Origin: a virus
Virus record (IMG/VR): IMGVR_UViG_3300045988_164286
Coordinates: 1-32,024 of that record
Length of the DNA stretch: 32,024 bases
Direction: 5' to 3' (one strand)
Below the pieces are notes generated by a model. It made no database searches. It saw nothing but the letters and a program-made list of their open reading frames with translations, and was not told the origin of the DNA. Both the position numbers and the translations under genes were made by a program. Below are positions 16,094-24,927 of this stretch, piece by piece; position 1 is the first letter of the stretch; every line of letters begins with the position of its first letter.

Positions 16094-16360
16094 CGCTTCA
16101 ACCTCACCAGCTTCAACACGCATCTTATTCCACTCAGACATGATGGAAGACAGATCATCAATACTAAGCTTCTCAACCTCAACAACATAAGGCTTCAAGA
16201 AGCTTACAAACCACTTCACTGCTTCCATGCTAGAAGCTTCAGCATTCCCAAGAATGCCAACGCGTTCAATGTCTGCGAGGGTCAACTGGAGAGGAATATG
16301 ACACTCTGCACCGTCAACGGTAATATCGAGCGTCTTGTGGGAGGTTGAGAAGTTAAGCAT
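16085..16360 (-). CDS. Tail assembly chaperone (G-type)
   Basis: 91-aa acidic protein between the major tail and tape measure genes, TAATG-coupled to the major tail gene. Confidence 0.7.
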   Translation of the reverse strand: MLNFSTSHKTLDITVDGAECHIPLQLTLADIERVGILGNAEASSMEAVKWFVSFLKPYVVEVEKLSIDDLSSIMSEWNKMRVEAGEVEAGE

Positions 16361-16941
16361 TATCGAGTCACTACTCCGTCATCGGTAAGAATGTAGATAC
16401 TGTTGCCCTGTGCGTCTGGCTGGCACTTCAGCTCAACTGGAAGTGTTACAGCTTCAGCAGACTGGAAGTTCATCTCTGATGGTGGGATAGCCTGGCCGCG
16501 AGGGACGATAATCATCATCTTCGCAGCGCCGTCCTTCAGCTTAAAGACCCACTCGCGGACCTCTGGAAGCCTTGCGCCGATTGCAATCTTCATCTGAGTG
16601 CCACGGGCAGAAGTTGCAGCGGTAACAGTTACAGCGTCTTTACCAAACGCGCGAGTCGCTGCACGCTCGGACATCTCAAGCTCAGTGAACTTGACCGTAC
16701 CATCGAACTTCTCCAGAAGCTGACGAACATTAGCGCCGTTTGCTTCTGTAATGTCCTTGGTAGAGTAGTCAGTAGATAGAGCAATACCGTCGCTGGAGAT
16801 ATATCCAGAGTCCTTGAACGCAGCATTAAGAGCAGCGTTCAAGTCCGTTGGGATAGGAGTTCCAACTGGAGCGTCCAGGACAGCGCCAGTAGTAGCCTGG
16901 TCGAGAGCGCCAACAAGTACTTTGGAAGCGTCAACTGCCAT
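16360..16941 (-). CDS. Major tail protein
   Basis: 193 aa in the synteny position. Sequence style of phi13-family major tail proteins. Confidence 0.75.
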   Translation of the reverse strand: MAVDASKVLVGALDQATTGAVLDAPVGTPIPTDLNAALNAAFKDSGYISSDGIALSTDYSTKDITEANGANVRQLLEKFDGTVKFTELEMSERAATRAFGKDAVTVTAATSARGTQMKIAIGARLPEVREWVFKLKDGAAKMMIIVPRGQAIPPSEMNFQSAEAVTLPVELKCQPDAQGNSIYILTDDGVVTR

Positions 16942-16943
16942 AG

Positions 16944-17309
16944 TTAATTCCTTTCATCTTTAATATTGACTGACATAGAGAATGTGACCTGCCATACAAC
17001 AAAGTCGCCTTCCTGCTTGCCGTAGCTGAATACGTTTGGCGTGAAGACGGCATTGATGTTTCTATCTGTTGGCGGGGTCACTTTAAGAGCAATAGCAAGC
17101 TCATGAGCAACCTGCTCAGAGCGTGCGCTGCTCCTCGTCCAAATTGATATGGTGTACTCAGGGGAATCATGCGGATAGTCCATCTCGCCGCCTGTACGGT
17201 CAACGAGAAGGAACTCATCTGGAGTGTTCTTTTGGACCTCGGTTGAACAAGGTAGACCGATTGTGGTATGTGCCCACTTAATGACGTGCTCCATTGAGCT
17301 AAATATCAT
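16944..17309 (-). CDS. Tail terminator / tail completion protein
   Basis: 121 aa immediately upstream of the major tail gene. Confidence 0.55.
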   Translation of the reverse strand: MIFSSMEHVIKWAHTTIGLPCSTEVQKNTPDEFLLVDRTGGEMDYPHDSPEYTISIWTRSSARSEQVAHELAIALKVTPPTDRNINAVFTPNVFSYGKQEGDFVVWQVTFSMSVNIKDERN

Positions 17310-17311
17310 AA

Positions 17312-17596
17312 TTACCCCCTAGCTGCCTTTTGCAGCGTGTTATGCAGAGCGTTAGAGTTGATTGCGTGCACACTTGCTGTGTGAACAACCGCATGAGCGC
17401 GATTCTTGCCGACTGTAACCTTTACGCCATAGTCTTTAGCACCGTACATTGAAGCGGCACGAGCTCGTATCTTCTCTGCACTCTTACGTAAGACTTCCTG
17501 CGTTTTAGAGCCAGTCAAGATTGATGTCAGCTTGTTTGCTTTATAGATCATCTTGACTGTTCCATCCGCATTGGAAGCCGTGAACTGCCTAGCCAT
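17312..17596 (-). CDS. Head-tail joining protein (HK97 gp10-like position)
   Basis: 94 aa, called by synteny. Confidence 0.5.
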   Translation of the reverse strand: MARQFTASNADGTVKMIYKANKLTSILTGSKTQEVLRKSAEKIRARAASMYGAKDYGVKVTVGKNRAHAVVHTASVHAINSNALHNTLQKAARG

Positions 17597-17933
17597 CTAC
17601 AACTCCAAGCGGTACTAAGCAGCTCCATTTCCATCCCTTTGGAATCATCTGTTCAGGGAAGTCAATCGGAGCGCCAATGACGTTAAACCAACGCTTGCCG
17701 TCTGGACTAACCTGCGCGCGTCTGAGACGCTCTGCCCATCCTCTTGGAAAGTAAGCAGTAGCTGTGACTTCAACGCCTTCAGGTCTACTTACTTCTAGGT
17801 CCTTTGGCTGGAATGGCGCAAAGAGGCATCCAGGAACACTTATTGGCTCTGAGTACGTAAAGGACTCATTGCCAAAGCGGTCGGTGCCAGATGAGGTGCG
17901 CTCCTTAACAAGAAGCGTCATTGTTGGCTTCAT
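17589..17933 (-). CDS. Head closure / head-tail adaptor protein
   Basis: 114 aa, called by synteny, with overlapping start and stop codons on both sides. Confidence 0.55.
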   Translation of the reverse strand: MKPTMTLLVKERTSSGTDRFGNESFTYSEPISVPGCLFAPFQPKDLEVSRPEGVEVTATAYFPRGWAERLRRAQVSPDGKRWFNVIGAPIDFPEQMIPKGWKWSCLVPLGVVDG

Positions 17934-18313
17934 TAGTCCTCCTTTGGCAGAGGGTTTGCGAATATCGCGTACCCCTCATCGACTCCAAGGAGTGACTTCT
18001 CAAAGGCTGTGAAGTAGATGTCTCCGGTTGGATTTGAGTAGGATACTGAACCACCAAAAGGGGACGCAGTCCAGGACTGCGACTGCACGCCAATCGGCGT
18101 CTCTGATCCAGCTTGAAGCACGCGGATTGCTACTTGGCAAACAACAAGCTTCAGAACAGCTGGGTCCTTAGACTCAACATCGCACAAAGAGCCAACGGCA
18201 GCAGAAATAAGGGAGAGCAGGTTTTCTGCTCTCCCTTCATCTGTTGCTTCAAGAGTTGGAAACATTGCTTTTAAATCGCTCAGAGTTGCGAAGGGCTTAA
18301 TCTGCCCCGTCAT
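17933..18313 (-). CDS. Head-tail connector (gp6-like)
   Basis: 126 aa directly after the major capsid gene. Confidence 0.55.
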   Translation of the reverse strand: MTGQIKPFATLSDLKAMFPTLEATDEGRAENLLSLISAAVGSLCDVESKDPAVLKLVVCQVAIRVLQAGSETPIGVQSQSWTASPFGGSVSYSNPTGDIYFTAFEKSLLGVDEGYAIFANPLPKED

Positions 18314-18315
18314 AA

Positions 18316-19197
18316 CTAAGCACTCTTAAGAACTGCGAAGCCCTTAGGATCAATAACGGCGTAAGAATAAACAACCTCTGCGCGGTAAGCAATCTGGCCA
18401 AGACGCTTGAGGTCGCCAAGTCCGTCTGGGTCACCAGTCTCGATGGTCTCGATGTTGATGTCACGGACAATGCCCCACTTGATGAGGTTGAAGTCACCCA
18501 TAACAGCAAGAACCTTGGTTGCAGTCTTAGCAAGAGCACCGGAGACGGTGTTGGAGGTTGCAGCTGCAAGGCCATCGACTACACCAGTGTTGAGGTTGAT
18601 TGGAATCTCTGGGAACATACGCAGGCCGGTGTTCTTAACACGAACCTTGCGCAGGCTGGAAGCATAAGCCTTGGAGAGACCAATACCAGAGATGGAATAG
18701 CCTGGATCAACTGCATCAGCGAGTGCGTCAAGGTCAGCAGCTGGGTCAGTGGTTGCAGTGACAGCGGTTGCACCGGCGGTCAGAGCAGTCAGACCAGAAG
18801 CAGCCATACCAGTTGCAGGGTTGAGAGCGTGGAAGACGAGATAGTCAAGACCACGGCCAAGGGCAGCAGCAGACTTGTCAACGATTGCGTCAACAATCTG
18901 AAGCTGGCTGTCCTCATCTGCCCACTGTACCTCGTTGGAGAAGCGAACAGTGACAGAGAGCTTCTTGATGGTGTGGTCAACTGGCTTCAGACCGACAGTC
19001 TGAGAAGAGTGCTGTGCGGACTCACCGACAATTTCAGCTTCTGGGTCCTGTGTGAACAGGATGGAAGCACGGTTTGCAAAGATTGCTGGAGAAGAAGCAG
19101 ACAGAGTCTGAATGACGGAAGTGTCTGCAACCTTAGAGACAAGGTCCTTTGCAATCTCAACAGGAAGCTTAATGTTAGTAGTGTTTGTTGCTGGCAT
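18316..19197 (-). CDS. Major capsid protein
   Basis: 293 aa following the scaffold gene. High GC and Ala/Gly/Thr/Val-rich composition typical of a highly expressed structural protein. Confidence 0.8.
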   Translation of the reverse strand: MPATNTTNIKLPVEIAKDLVSKVADTSVIQTLSASSPAIFANRASILFTQDPEAEIVGESAQHSSQTVGLKPVDHTIKKLSVTVRFSNEVQWADEDSQLQIVDAIVDKSAAALGRGLDYLVFHALNPATGMAASGLTALTAGATAVTATTDPAADLDALADAVDPGYSISGIGLSKAYASSLRKVRVKNTGLRMFPEIPINLNTGVVDGLAAATSNTVSGALAKTATKVLAVMGDFNLIKWGIVRDINIETIETGDPDGLGDLKRLGQIAYRAEVVYSYAVIDPKGFAVLKSA

Positions 19198-19211
19198 TGT
19201 TAAATCCTTTC

Positions 19212-19658
19212 TTAGTTACCAAATAATTGACGTGCAAGCTCAACCTTTGCGGAGTTATCTCCTGCTTCTGTGGTGAACTTGCCAGGGTGTGGAGCTTTTA
19301 CTCCTGCTTTGGGCTTTAGGTGCTTGACGAGTACCTCTGCAAACTGGCGCATATCCTCTTCTGTGGAACCTACAACAAGCTCTTCCGGCACATTGAACTC
19401 AGACGCAATCTTTCTCTTCATTGAGGCTTGTTCCTCACGGGTCTTATAACCCTTTACTGCGTCTTCAGCTTCCTGTGCACGTTTTTGTGCTTCTGCAAGC
19501 TCCTCTGTAGCCTTGGAATTCTCTTTAGAACGCTTCTCCCATTTGCGTGCTTGGGCTTTCCAGTAGTCGACAGTGTCAGTCTCATCAAGCTGTGCAGCTT
19601 CTTCTTTGACTTCCTCTGTTGTCTCTTGTACTTGCTCCTGCTCAGTAGTGTCTGGCAT
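19212..19658 (-). CDS. Capsid scaffolding protein
   Basis: 148 aa, strongly acidic and Lys-rich helical protein between the MuF and capsid genes. Confidence 0.7.
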   Translation of the reverse strand: MPDTTEQEQVQETTEEVKEEAAQLDETDTVDYWKAQARKWEKRSKENSKATEELAEAQKRAQEAEDAVKGYKTREEQASMKRKIASEFNVPEELVVGSTEEDMRQFAEVLVKHLKPKAGVKAPHPGKFTTEAGDNSAKVELARQLFGN

Positions 19659-19692
19659 CTTGTGCCCCTTTCTTTCTGTCCGTGCGGACCTT

Positions 19693-19719
19693 AATAAAAA
19701 ACCAGCCGTGCGGCTGGTT
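19693..19719 (-). terminator. Intrinsic terminator inside the structural operon, 35 nt upstream of the scaffold start
   Basis: Minus strand reads AACCAGCC-gcac-GGCTGGTT followed by TTTTTTAT. Confidence 0.75.
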
Positions 19720-19879
19720 GATTACACAATGGATTTAATGGCTTCCCGCCTACGAATCAAACGTAGATCTAAAGAACCAGAATCTTTTGTTTTTTCCGTT
19801 AAACTAGCGGGAAATGTGGTATATTTAACTTGCAATCGCCCTCGCTATCACAATTTATGGGATGACCGGGGCGATTTTT

Positions 19880-21010
19880 TTATCTGACAAAATGTATCTT
19901 CATGTCATGTCCTAAATAATAGATACGACCAGCTTTAAATCTCTTGCTTTTTAATATATTTTCTTCAAGCTGAACATCTGTCATATCTGGATTAATTGAA
20001 TTATCAAAAACAACCCAAGTGCAGTCCTCTTTCCTACTCGTATTTTTTAAATACCCATCAATCGTGTTGAATGAAGATGTATTTTTTAAAACTTTAAGCT
20101 CAAGACCTTTAGTAAAATCAGCTTTTCCAACTCGTTTCTCTTCTTTCCCATCACGATAAGTCCTAAAATCCTGCTGGAAACAACACGGCATGCCAACTTT
20201 AATCATTCTCTGAGCTGATTCGTACTCGTCTTTGTGGTTTGTTAAAATATCGTCTCTGACAGCTTTGCTTGTAAAGGAAACCCTAGGCTCTCTTCCGTTA
20301 AGCCAGTTAGAATCTCTTCTAGCACATTCTTTTAAGATTGCTTTTTTGTCTTTAGCATTATTTACATCTAATCCTATTGAATCAGCAACCTCTTTAAATC
20401 TACTCCTGATTAACTCTGGTTGATAGCCACCGACTTTAGTTCCAGGTTTTCCAGCAACAACCTTGCATCTGCAATGATCATGATAATGAGAATTTGCGCC
20501 TTTTTCTGTGTAATGGAAGCCAAAAGAAGCAAGCCAAGCGCAGAATGGACACTCGCCACCTTGTGGTACGCGAGCAAATTTCATTCCGTTCCTTGCACCA
20601 GCTTTGCTTATTGTCCGATTTGCTTGCTGCAGAACCTCACTTGCAACAAGATTGCCGCAAATCTCTTTGAAGTCCCCACTTTTAATCTCGTTATTTTGAG
20701 CATATTGAGTGATGCGCTCCCTTATTTTGTCATTTACGAAATAAGGGAGTTTAACAAGGTCTGTATTTTTTGACGGAATTCCTATTGCGTCATCAAAAAA
20801 ATCAAGTGCGACAGTTCCTGCTGCATCACCAAAAGAAAGCGTTGTGCTAATCATTGAATTCTCAACGAGTTTAAGAAACTCGCCATCATCCATGTTTGGG
20901 TTAGCTTTTAGACCAGCTTCAACAAGACGACTAAAAGTAGACTTAGACCTTTCTTGAATTTGAGATAGTAGTCGATGGTACGACTCCATCTCCTTTTTTG
21001 AAATGTCCAT
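19880..21010 (-). CDS. MuF / SPP1 gp7-like head morphogenesis protein with an extra C-terminal domain of about 175 aa
   Basis: Cys/His cluster ECPFCAWLASFGFHY...HYHDHCRCKV at aa 153-183 is typical of MuF-like minor capsid proteins. Residues 200-376 are an unrecognised, AT-rich module. Confidence 0.75.
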   Translation of the reverse strand: MDISKKEMESYHRLLSQIQERSKSTFSRLVEAGLKANPNMDDGEFLKLVENSMISTTLSFGDAAGTVALDFFDDAIGIPSKNTDLVKLPYFVNDKIRERITQYAQNNEIKSGDFKEICGNLVASEVLQQANRTISKAGARNGMKFARVPQGGECPFCAWLASFGFHYTEKGANSHYHDHCRCKVVAGKPGTKVGGYQPELIRSRFKEVADSIGLDVNNAKDKKAILKECARRDSNWLNGREPRVSFTSKAVRDDILTNHKDEYESAQRMIKVGMPCCFQQDFRTYRDGKEEKRVGKADFTKGLELKVLKNTSSFNTIDGYLKNTSRKEDCTWVVFDNSINPDMTDVQLEENILKSKRFKAGRIYYLGHDMKIHFVR

Positions 21011-21012
21011 AA

Positions 21013-22413
21013 CTACTCACTTTGTGCAGCAGTTCTAACCAGCTCCTGTGCCGCAAAACGGCGGCGGTCAGCTTGAAGCTCTGTGAGAACATCATCCTTA
21101 TAACCAAGAGCTCGCAGTGGGACATCAGAGCTTGCAAGCCATGGGAAGGTAGATACCTGCTTTGTGATGGCATCAGACATTGAGACGGGTGATGGTGTCT
21201 CCGGGTTAGCGAATACTGCCGTTGTCTCGTTGTCTCGCATGGCGCTGTAGAAGTCTAAATCATGCTTTACCGCGAGAGCCATAGCTGAGACATTGACAAG
21301 AGATCTCTTGCAAGAAGCAATGTAGCTTGTAATGTCGATAATTGCGTCTTCCTGGTTAGCAATGATTGCGTCCGCTGAAGTTGGATTAGCAGATGTGAAG
21401 CTCAGCGAGGAAAGTGGAACGTTCGTTGCGTCTGAGAACATGGAAGCAAGCAGTTTCATATAGTCACTGTGCGGCTGCATAGTAAGCTGTGGCAGCTGTC
21501 CATAGTTCGGAATCTGCTTGTTCTTGTTTGGTGTTGCGATAAACGTTGAACCAATGAATGCGCCAAATGGTGAGTCAGCAATCTTCTGAGCAACGCTTGC
21601 ATCAGCTCCAAGCAAATACTTCTGTGGTGCAGAAGCAAATGCAGCGGTTGCGCTCATGTTGAGAATCTCACGCTGTGCATCATCAACAAGACTCATAACC
21701 GTGCGGCTAATACGCGAAGTGCCAAAAGGGCGCTCAAGCGTTGAGTGATATGCCACGGGCTCAACAGGTACACGACCCATTGAGTGCGATTCTTCAGTTG
21801 CAAACCATCTACCATCGAGCAAGCTGAGCGTAATAAACATGTCATCTGTGAAGACGTAAACAAGTGTTGGAGTTTTGATTGACTGCGTCTTATTCCACTC
21901 AGCGTCAACAACTACAAGAGCAGCTTCAATGCGCTTCTTAGCGTCTGACCAGATTGCAGATGCGGCCGTTGCGGGATAACCGGAGATAACAACATCCGGC
22001 TCATTTAATTCTGGATTACCCTGGGTGACACTAATAAACGCAACTGAGTGCCTGAGTGAACTCATGACAACCTTGCGCACCAAGTTCTCTAAGTCATTCT
22101 CTCGAGCAATGGAGCGCAGCTCTTCTTTAACAGCCATGTCCGTTGCATTGAAGTTCTGGAACTGTACACGATCTGCCCACCAGTTGACGCACTTTGCAGC
22201 CCAGTCAATCTTGGCATCAATCTTGGAAGCCAACTGAGGAAGAACAGAAACGCCAAGGTCCTTCACCTTGACATTACCGTTATAGTAACGGTCTCTGAGA
22301 ACGTTCCTGGTATAGTGCTTGCGCCAAACTGCCACAAGCTGAGAGACAACCTCTCTGTTCTCGTCCGATAGACCAATGGCAGCAGCCATGGAAGCATCGA
22401 GCCCTCTATCCAC
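21013..22413 (-). CDS. Portal protein
   Basis: 466 aa directly after TerL. The GTG start overlaps the TerL stop (TAGTG). Confidence 0.8.
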   Translation of the reverse strand: MDRGLDASMAAAIGLSDENREVVSQLVAVWRKHYTRNVLRDRYYNGNVKVKDLGVSVLPQLASKIDAKIDWAAKCVNWWADRVQFQNFNATDMAVKEELRSIARENDLENLVRKVVMSSLRHSVAFISVTQGNPELNEPDVVISGYPATAASAIWSDAKKRIEAALVVVDAEWNKTQSIKTPTLVYVFTDDMFITLSLLDGRWFATEESHSMGRVPVEPVAYHSTLERPFGTSRISRTVMSLVDDAQREILNMSATAAFASAPQKYLLGADASVAQKIADSPFGAFIGSTFIATPNKNKQIPNYGQLPQLTMQPHSDYMKLLASMFSDATNVPLSSLSFTSANPTSADAIIANQEDAIIDITSYIASCKRSLVNVSAMALAVKHDLDFYSAMRDNETTAVFANPETPSPVSMSDAITKQVSTFPWLASSDVPLRALGYKDDVLTELQADRRRFAAQELVRTAAQSE

Positions 22414-23948
22414 TAGAAGAACACCTCGCCTTCATCTTCATCATCTTCATATTGCTTTGCTGCCCAAGCAGCTAATGTGGCAGCTTCAACAACCGCTGCT
22501 CTTTCACCATCAAAGCCCCAGCCACCTGTGCGACCGATTGGGCGCTTGTAAGACTCAGTGACTGCCTTTGTCAGTTCGTCTTCTTCTGAGTCATCCAGGG
22601 AGTCCGGCTTAAACCATGTAATTGAGCCTTCATTGACTGCATCGACAAAGTCAACGTTGGCTGTGATTAGGTCAGCAGCCGCTGGAATTGTCACATTGTC
22701 TTCCGGAACAGAATCAATAACACGTCTATAGAGAGACTCAGCACCCGCCTTGCCATCAATGATGACCGGCACCGTTTGAGCGCGCTTTGAGACGAACTCT
22801 GCCAGCGCTTGCTTGCCGCCAATCGTTGCTCTCTTGTCTACGAGCTCAACGTGTGTTGTGTCATCGCCTTTGATTGCAACGCATACAGCGAAGTAAACTC
22901 CATCAACTGAGAACTTCACTGCATATGCAGAAGGTGTTCCTTGCGGTGGCGTAGAAGTTGCGCATCTCTGCCAAGTCTCTTTGTCGATGAGTGGTGCTCC
23001 TGCACCTCCTGCAAGCTCCTGTGGAGTAAGCCATACTCCTAGACACTCTTGCGCAAACTGCAAACTGTCCATCTGTGTTCTTAAAGCACGTAAAGCTGTA
23101 ATGTTTGTAATGCCTTCAACAAGCGAGGGTGCTGCTTGGTACCAGCGTTCCTCATCTGTTACATCGCCAACTTCTTCAAGTCCATACTCAATCCAGGAAG
23201 TCTCAATCTCGCCTTTATTGTTAATGGCATCTGAACGCATTTTGTCGAACTTATCAGCAGGAGAACCGGCTCGCCTTGGAGTACCCATGTAAATAAATTG
23301 CGGGTTCTTATTAGGGCCACTCGATGTAGTTGGCAACAAGGCTTGAACGTGTTCCGGCAAAAGTTCCTGAGCCTCATCGACCACAATTAAGTCGAAGGTA
23401 TTACCAAGATTGGCCGTCTTAGTTCTCGTTGAAAATGCTATAAAACCTTCTCCTCTGCCTTCCATTTGCGACTTGAAAGTGAAGCTTTCCTGCGCTGTCT
23501 TTGATGAGACTCTCAAGAGCGCATCATTGAAGTATTTGATTCCTCGAACCTCATCGTTTGGCTTAGCTCCTAGAACGTTGCGGAAATCCTCGAGCGTCTT
23601 CATTGTCGTGTTGTAGTTGTGCGCGGTCCATAGAACGCGGTAACCAAGCATCATCGCAAGTGTGATGATGTACCACTCGACAATGGTTGTTTTTCCATTC
23701 TGTCTTGGAACCGATAGACCGAAGATGCGCTGAGTGAACTGAAGGTCAGTGTCAACCGCCGCAAGAATGTCTAGCGCTTTGATTTGCCACTGTGCAAAAT
23801 CAAATCCGCCTTCTTTAGCAAGTGCAATGACAAGCGGTGCCAGCGATTTGGTGTAAGGCTTGTAAATACAATATCTAGGCTCCAACGACGAACTTGAGGG
23901 CTTGTGCGACTGCGTCGTCGTGCTTTGTCTCAACGACATCTGTTGCAT
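22413..23948 (-). CDS. terL: Terminase large subunit
   Basis: Walker A-like VPRQNGKTT and Walker B LIVVDEAQ. 511 aa. GGAGGGA RBS before the ATG at 23948, which overlaps the terS end by 74 nt. Confidence 0.9.
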   Translation of the reverse strand: MQQMSLRQSTTTQSHKPSSSSLEPRYCIYKPYTKSLAPLVIALAKEGGFDFAQWQIKALDILAAVDTDLQFTQRIFGLSVPRQNGKTTIVEWYIITLAMMLGYRVLWTAHNYNTTMKTLEDFRNVLGAKPNDEVRGIKYFNDALLRVSSKTAQESFTFKSQMEGRGEGFIAFSTRTKTANLGNTFDLIVVDEAQELLPEHVQALLPTTSSGPNKNPQFIYMGTPRRAGSPADKFDKMRSDAINNKGEIETSWIEYGLEEVGDVTDEERWYQAAPSLVEGITNITALRALRTQMDSLQFAQECLGVWLTPQELAGGAGAPLIDKETWQRCATSTPPQGTPSAYAVKFSVDGVYFAVCVAIKGDDTTHVELVDKRATIGGKQALAEFVSKRAQTVPVIIDGKAGAESLYRRVIDSVPEDNVTIPAAADLITANVDFVDAVNEGSITWFKPDSLDDSEEDELTKAVTESYKRPIGRTGGWGFDGERAAVVEAATLAAWAAKQYEDDEDEGEVFF

Positions 23949-24327
23949 CGGCTCCCTCCAGCTCAGCTATTTGTGTAACCGCCGCTCGATACTCTTTTGA
24001 AATTGCGGAAATGTTGCGTGGATCAGCAACGAGCATTTGCTCTCTAAGCAAATTGCGAAGCTCCTTTAAACGCTCGATTGTGTTCTGTTGTTTGCGCTCT
24101 CTGAATGGCAGCGTGTGAGTAAGAGTCTCTTTGTCAGGGAGCTTCTCCAAAGCTGTCTTTGCTGCGTTATTCTTCTGTCGATACAGGCTGTAATACTTCT
24201 GCACTACACGCACGGAACGACCAATGGTATCTGCAATAACCTTGTTTGGAACGCCCTGGTCCTTAGCTTTTAGAATGTAGTTAATCTCAGTCTGCGAGAG
24301 TGTTGCCCCATGCTTACTGTTCGCCAT
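23875..24327 (-). CDS. terS: Terminase small subunit (HTH)
   Basis: 150 aa with an N-terminal HTH (VPNKVIADTIGRSVRVVQKY), directly upstream of terL. GGAAGGAG RBS. Confidence 0.7.
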   Translation of the reverse strand: MANSKHGATLSQTEINYILKAKDQGVPNKVIADTIGRSVRVVQKYYSLYRQKNNAAKTALEKLPDKETLTHTLPFRERKQQNTIERLKELRNLLREQMLVADPRNISAISKEYRAAVTQIAELEGADATDVVETKHDDAVAQALKFVVGA

Positions 24328-24454
24328 GCACGCTCCTTCCGTTCACGTGTGCATTCTCATTCGTAGCCAGCTATATTGCCCCGTCTGAAAAAATGGCTCT
24401 GTGCCGCCGAGATAGCCGCTGCTTATAGGGGGTGAGGGTCACCCCGCCCCGTCT

Positions 24455-24805
24455 TTACCACTGTCTGCTTCTGAATATCTTCCCTTGGCTCATATCGCAA
24501 GGAATCTTGTTACTCTTCTCACGATTGCAGTGTCTGTGAGTAGCTTGTACGTTGTCCTGGCTGAGCGCCGCCGCTTGCCCAGACTCAAAAGGACCAGCCC
24601 AGCAATGACGCTGAGCGTTGTAAAGTCTGAGCCAGTACCTCGATACGGGAACAACTTCATCCACTTCAAATGCATCTGGATGTCCAGCAGGTAGCGCATA
24701 GTTAATTGGCTTGCCACAAATGGCACACGGTAGTCCTTGAGCCATGAGCCAGGCTCTCAGCTTCCGCCTAGCATTGCCGTTACCTTGCCGGACATTCTTT
24801 GCCAC
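24455..24805 (-). CDS. HNH endonuclease associated with the terminase
   Basis: C.ICGK ... EVDEVVP ... THRHCNREKSNK forms an HNH/Zn motif set. The position upstream of terS is typical of cos-type HNH phages. Confidence 0.8.
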   Translation of the reverse strand: MAKNVRQGNGNARRKLRAWLMAQGLPCAICGKPINYALPAGHPDAFEVDEVVPVSRYWLRLYNAQRHCWAGPFESGQAAALSQDNVQATHRHCNREKSNKIPCDMSQGKIFRSRQW

Positions 24806-24820
24806 GAAAACTCCCAGCTA

Positions 24821-24854
24821 AACAAAAAAGCGCCCTGGCTTGTACCAGAACGCT
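24821..24854 (-). terminator. Strong intrinsic terminator 16 nt upstream of the HNH/packaging/structural operon
   Basis: Minus strand reads AGCGUUCUGG-uacaag-CCAGGGCGCU (10 bp, two G-U pairs), then UUUUUGUU. Confidence 0.8.
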
Positions 24855-24907
24855 TATTAGTTCCTTTGTTGCGTAAATCGCTACTGTACATAATATCACA
24901 AAACACC

Positions 24908-24927
24908 GCGCAAGAGTGCGCAAGAGT
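24908..24927. repeat. Perfect tandem 10-bp repeat next to an extended -10 element (candidate activator site / late promoter)
   Basis: gcgcaagagt occurs twice on the plus strand (ACTCTTGCGC x2 on the minus strand). On the minus strand it is followed by TGaTATTAT (24890-24898), with no good -35. Confidence 0.45.

Noticed and set aside
19573-19887. 104-aa plus-strand ORF (or its 52-aa internal version from 19729) as an immunity gene for the MuF protein
   Set aside because: The long form starts inside the scaffold gene on the wrong strand, and the short form lacks any Shine-Dalgarno sequence. It is kept only as an alternative inside the non-coding-island finding.
20080-20130. A PD-(D/E)xK nuclease motif (ADF...ELK) in the MuF C-terminal domain
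   Set aside because: The Asp and the E-x-K lie only about 6 residues apart, too short for the canonical motif. The claim cannot be supported by eye.
24328-24454. GC-rich palindrome GGGGTGA-ggg-TCACCCC between HNH and terS as the cos site
   Set aside because: The position is plausible for a cos/HNH phage, but termini cannot be inferred from sequence alone. It is mentioned only as something to test.
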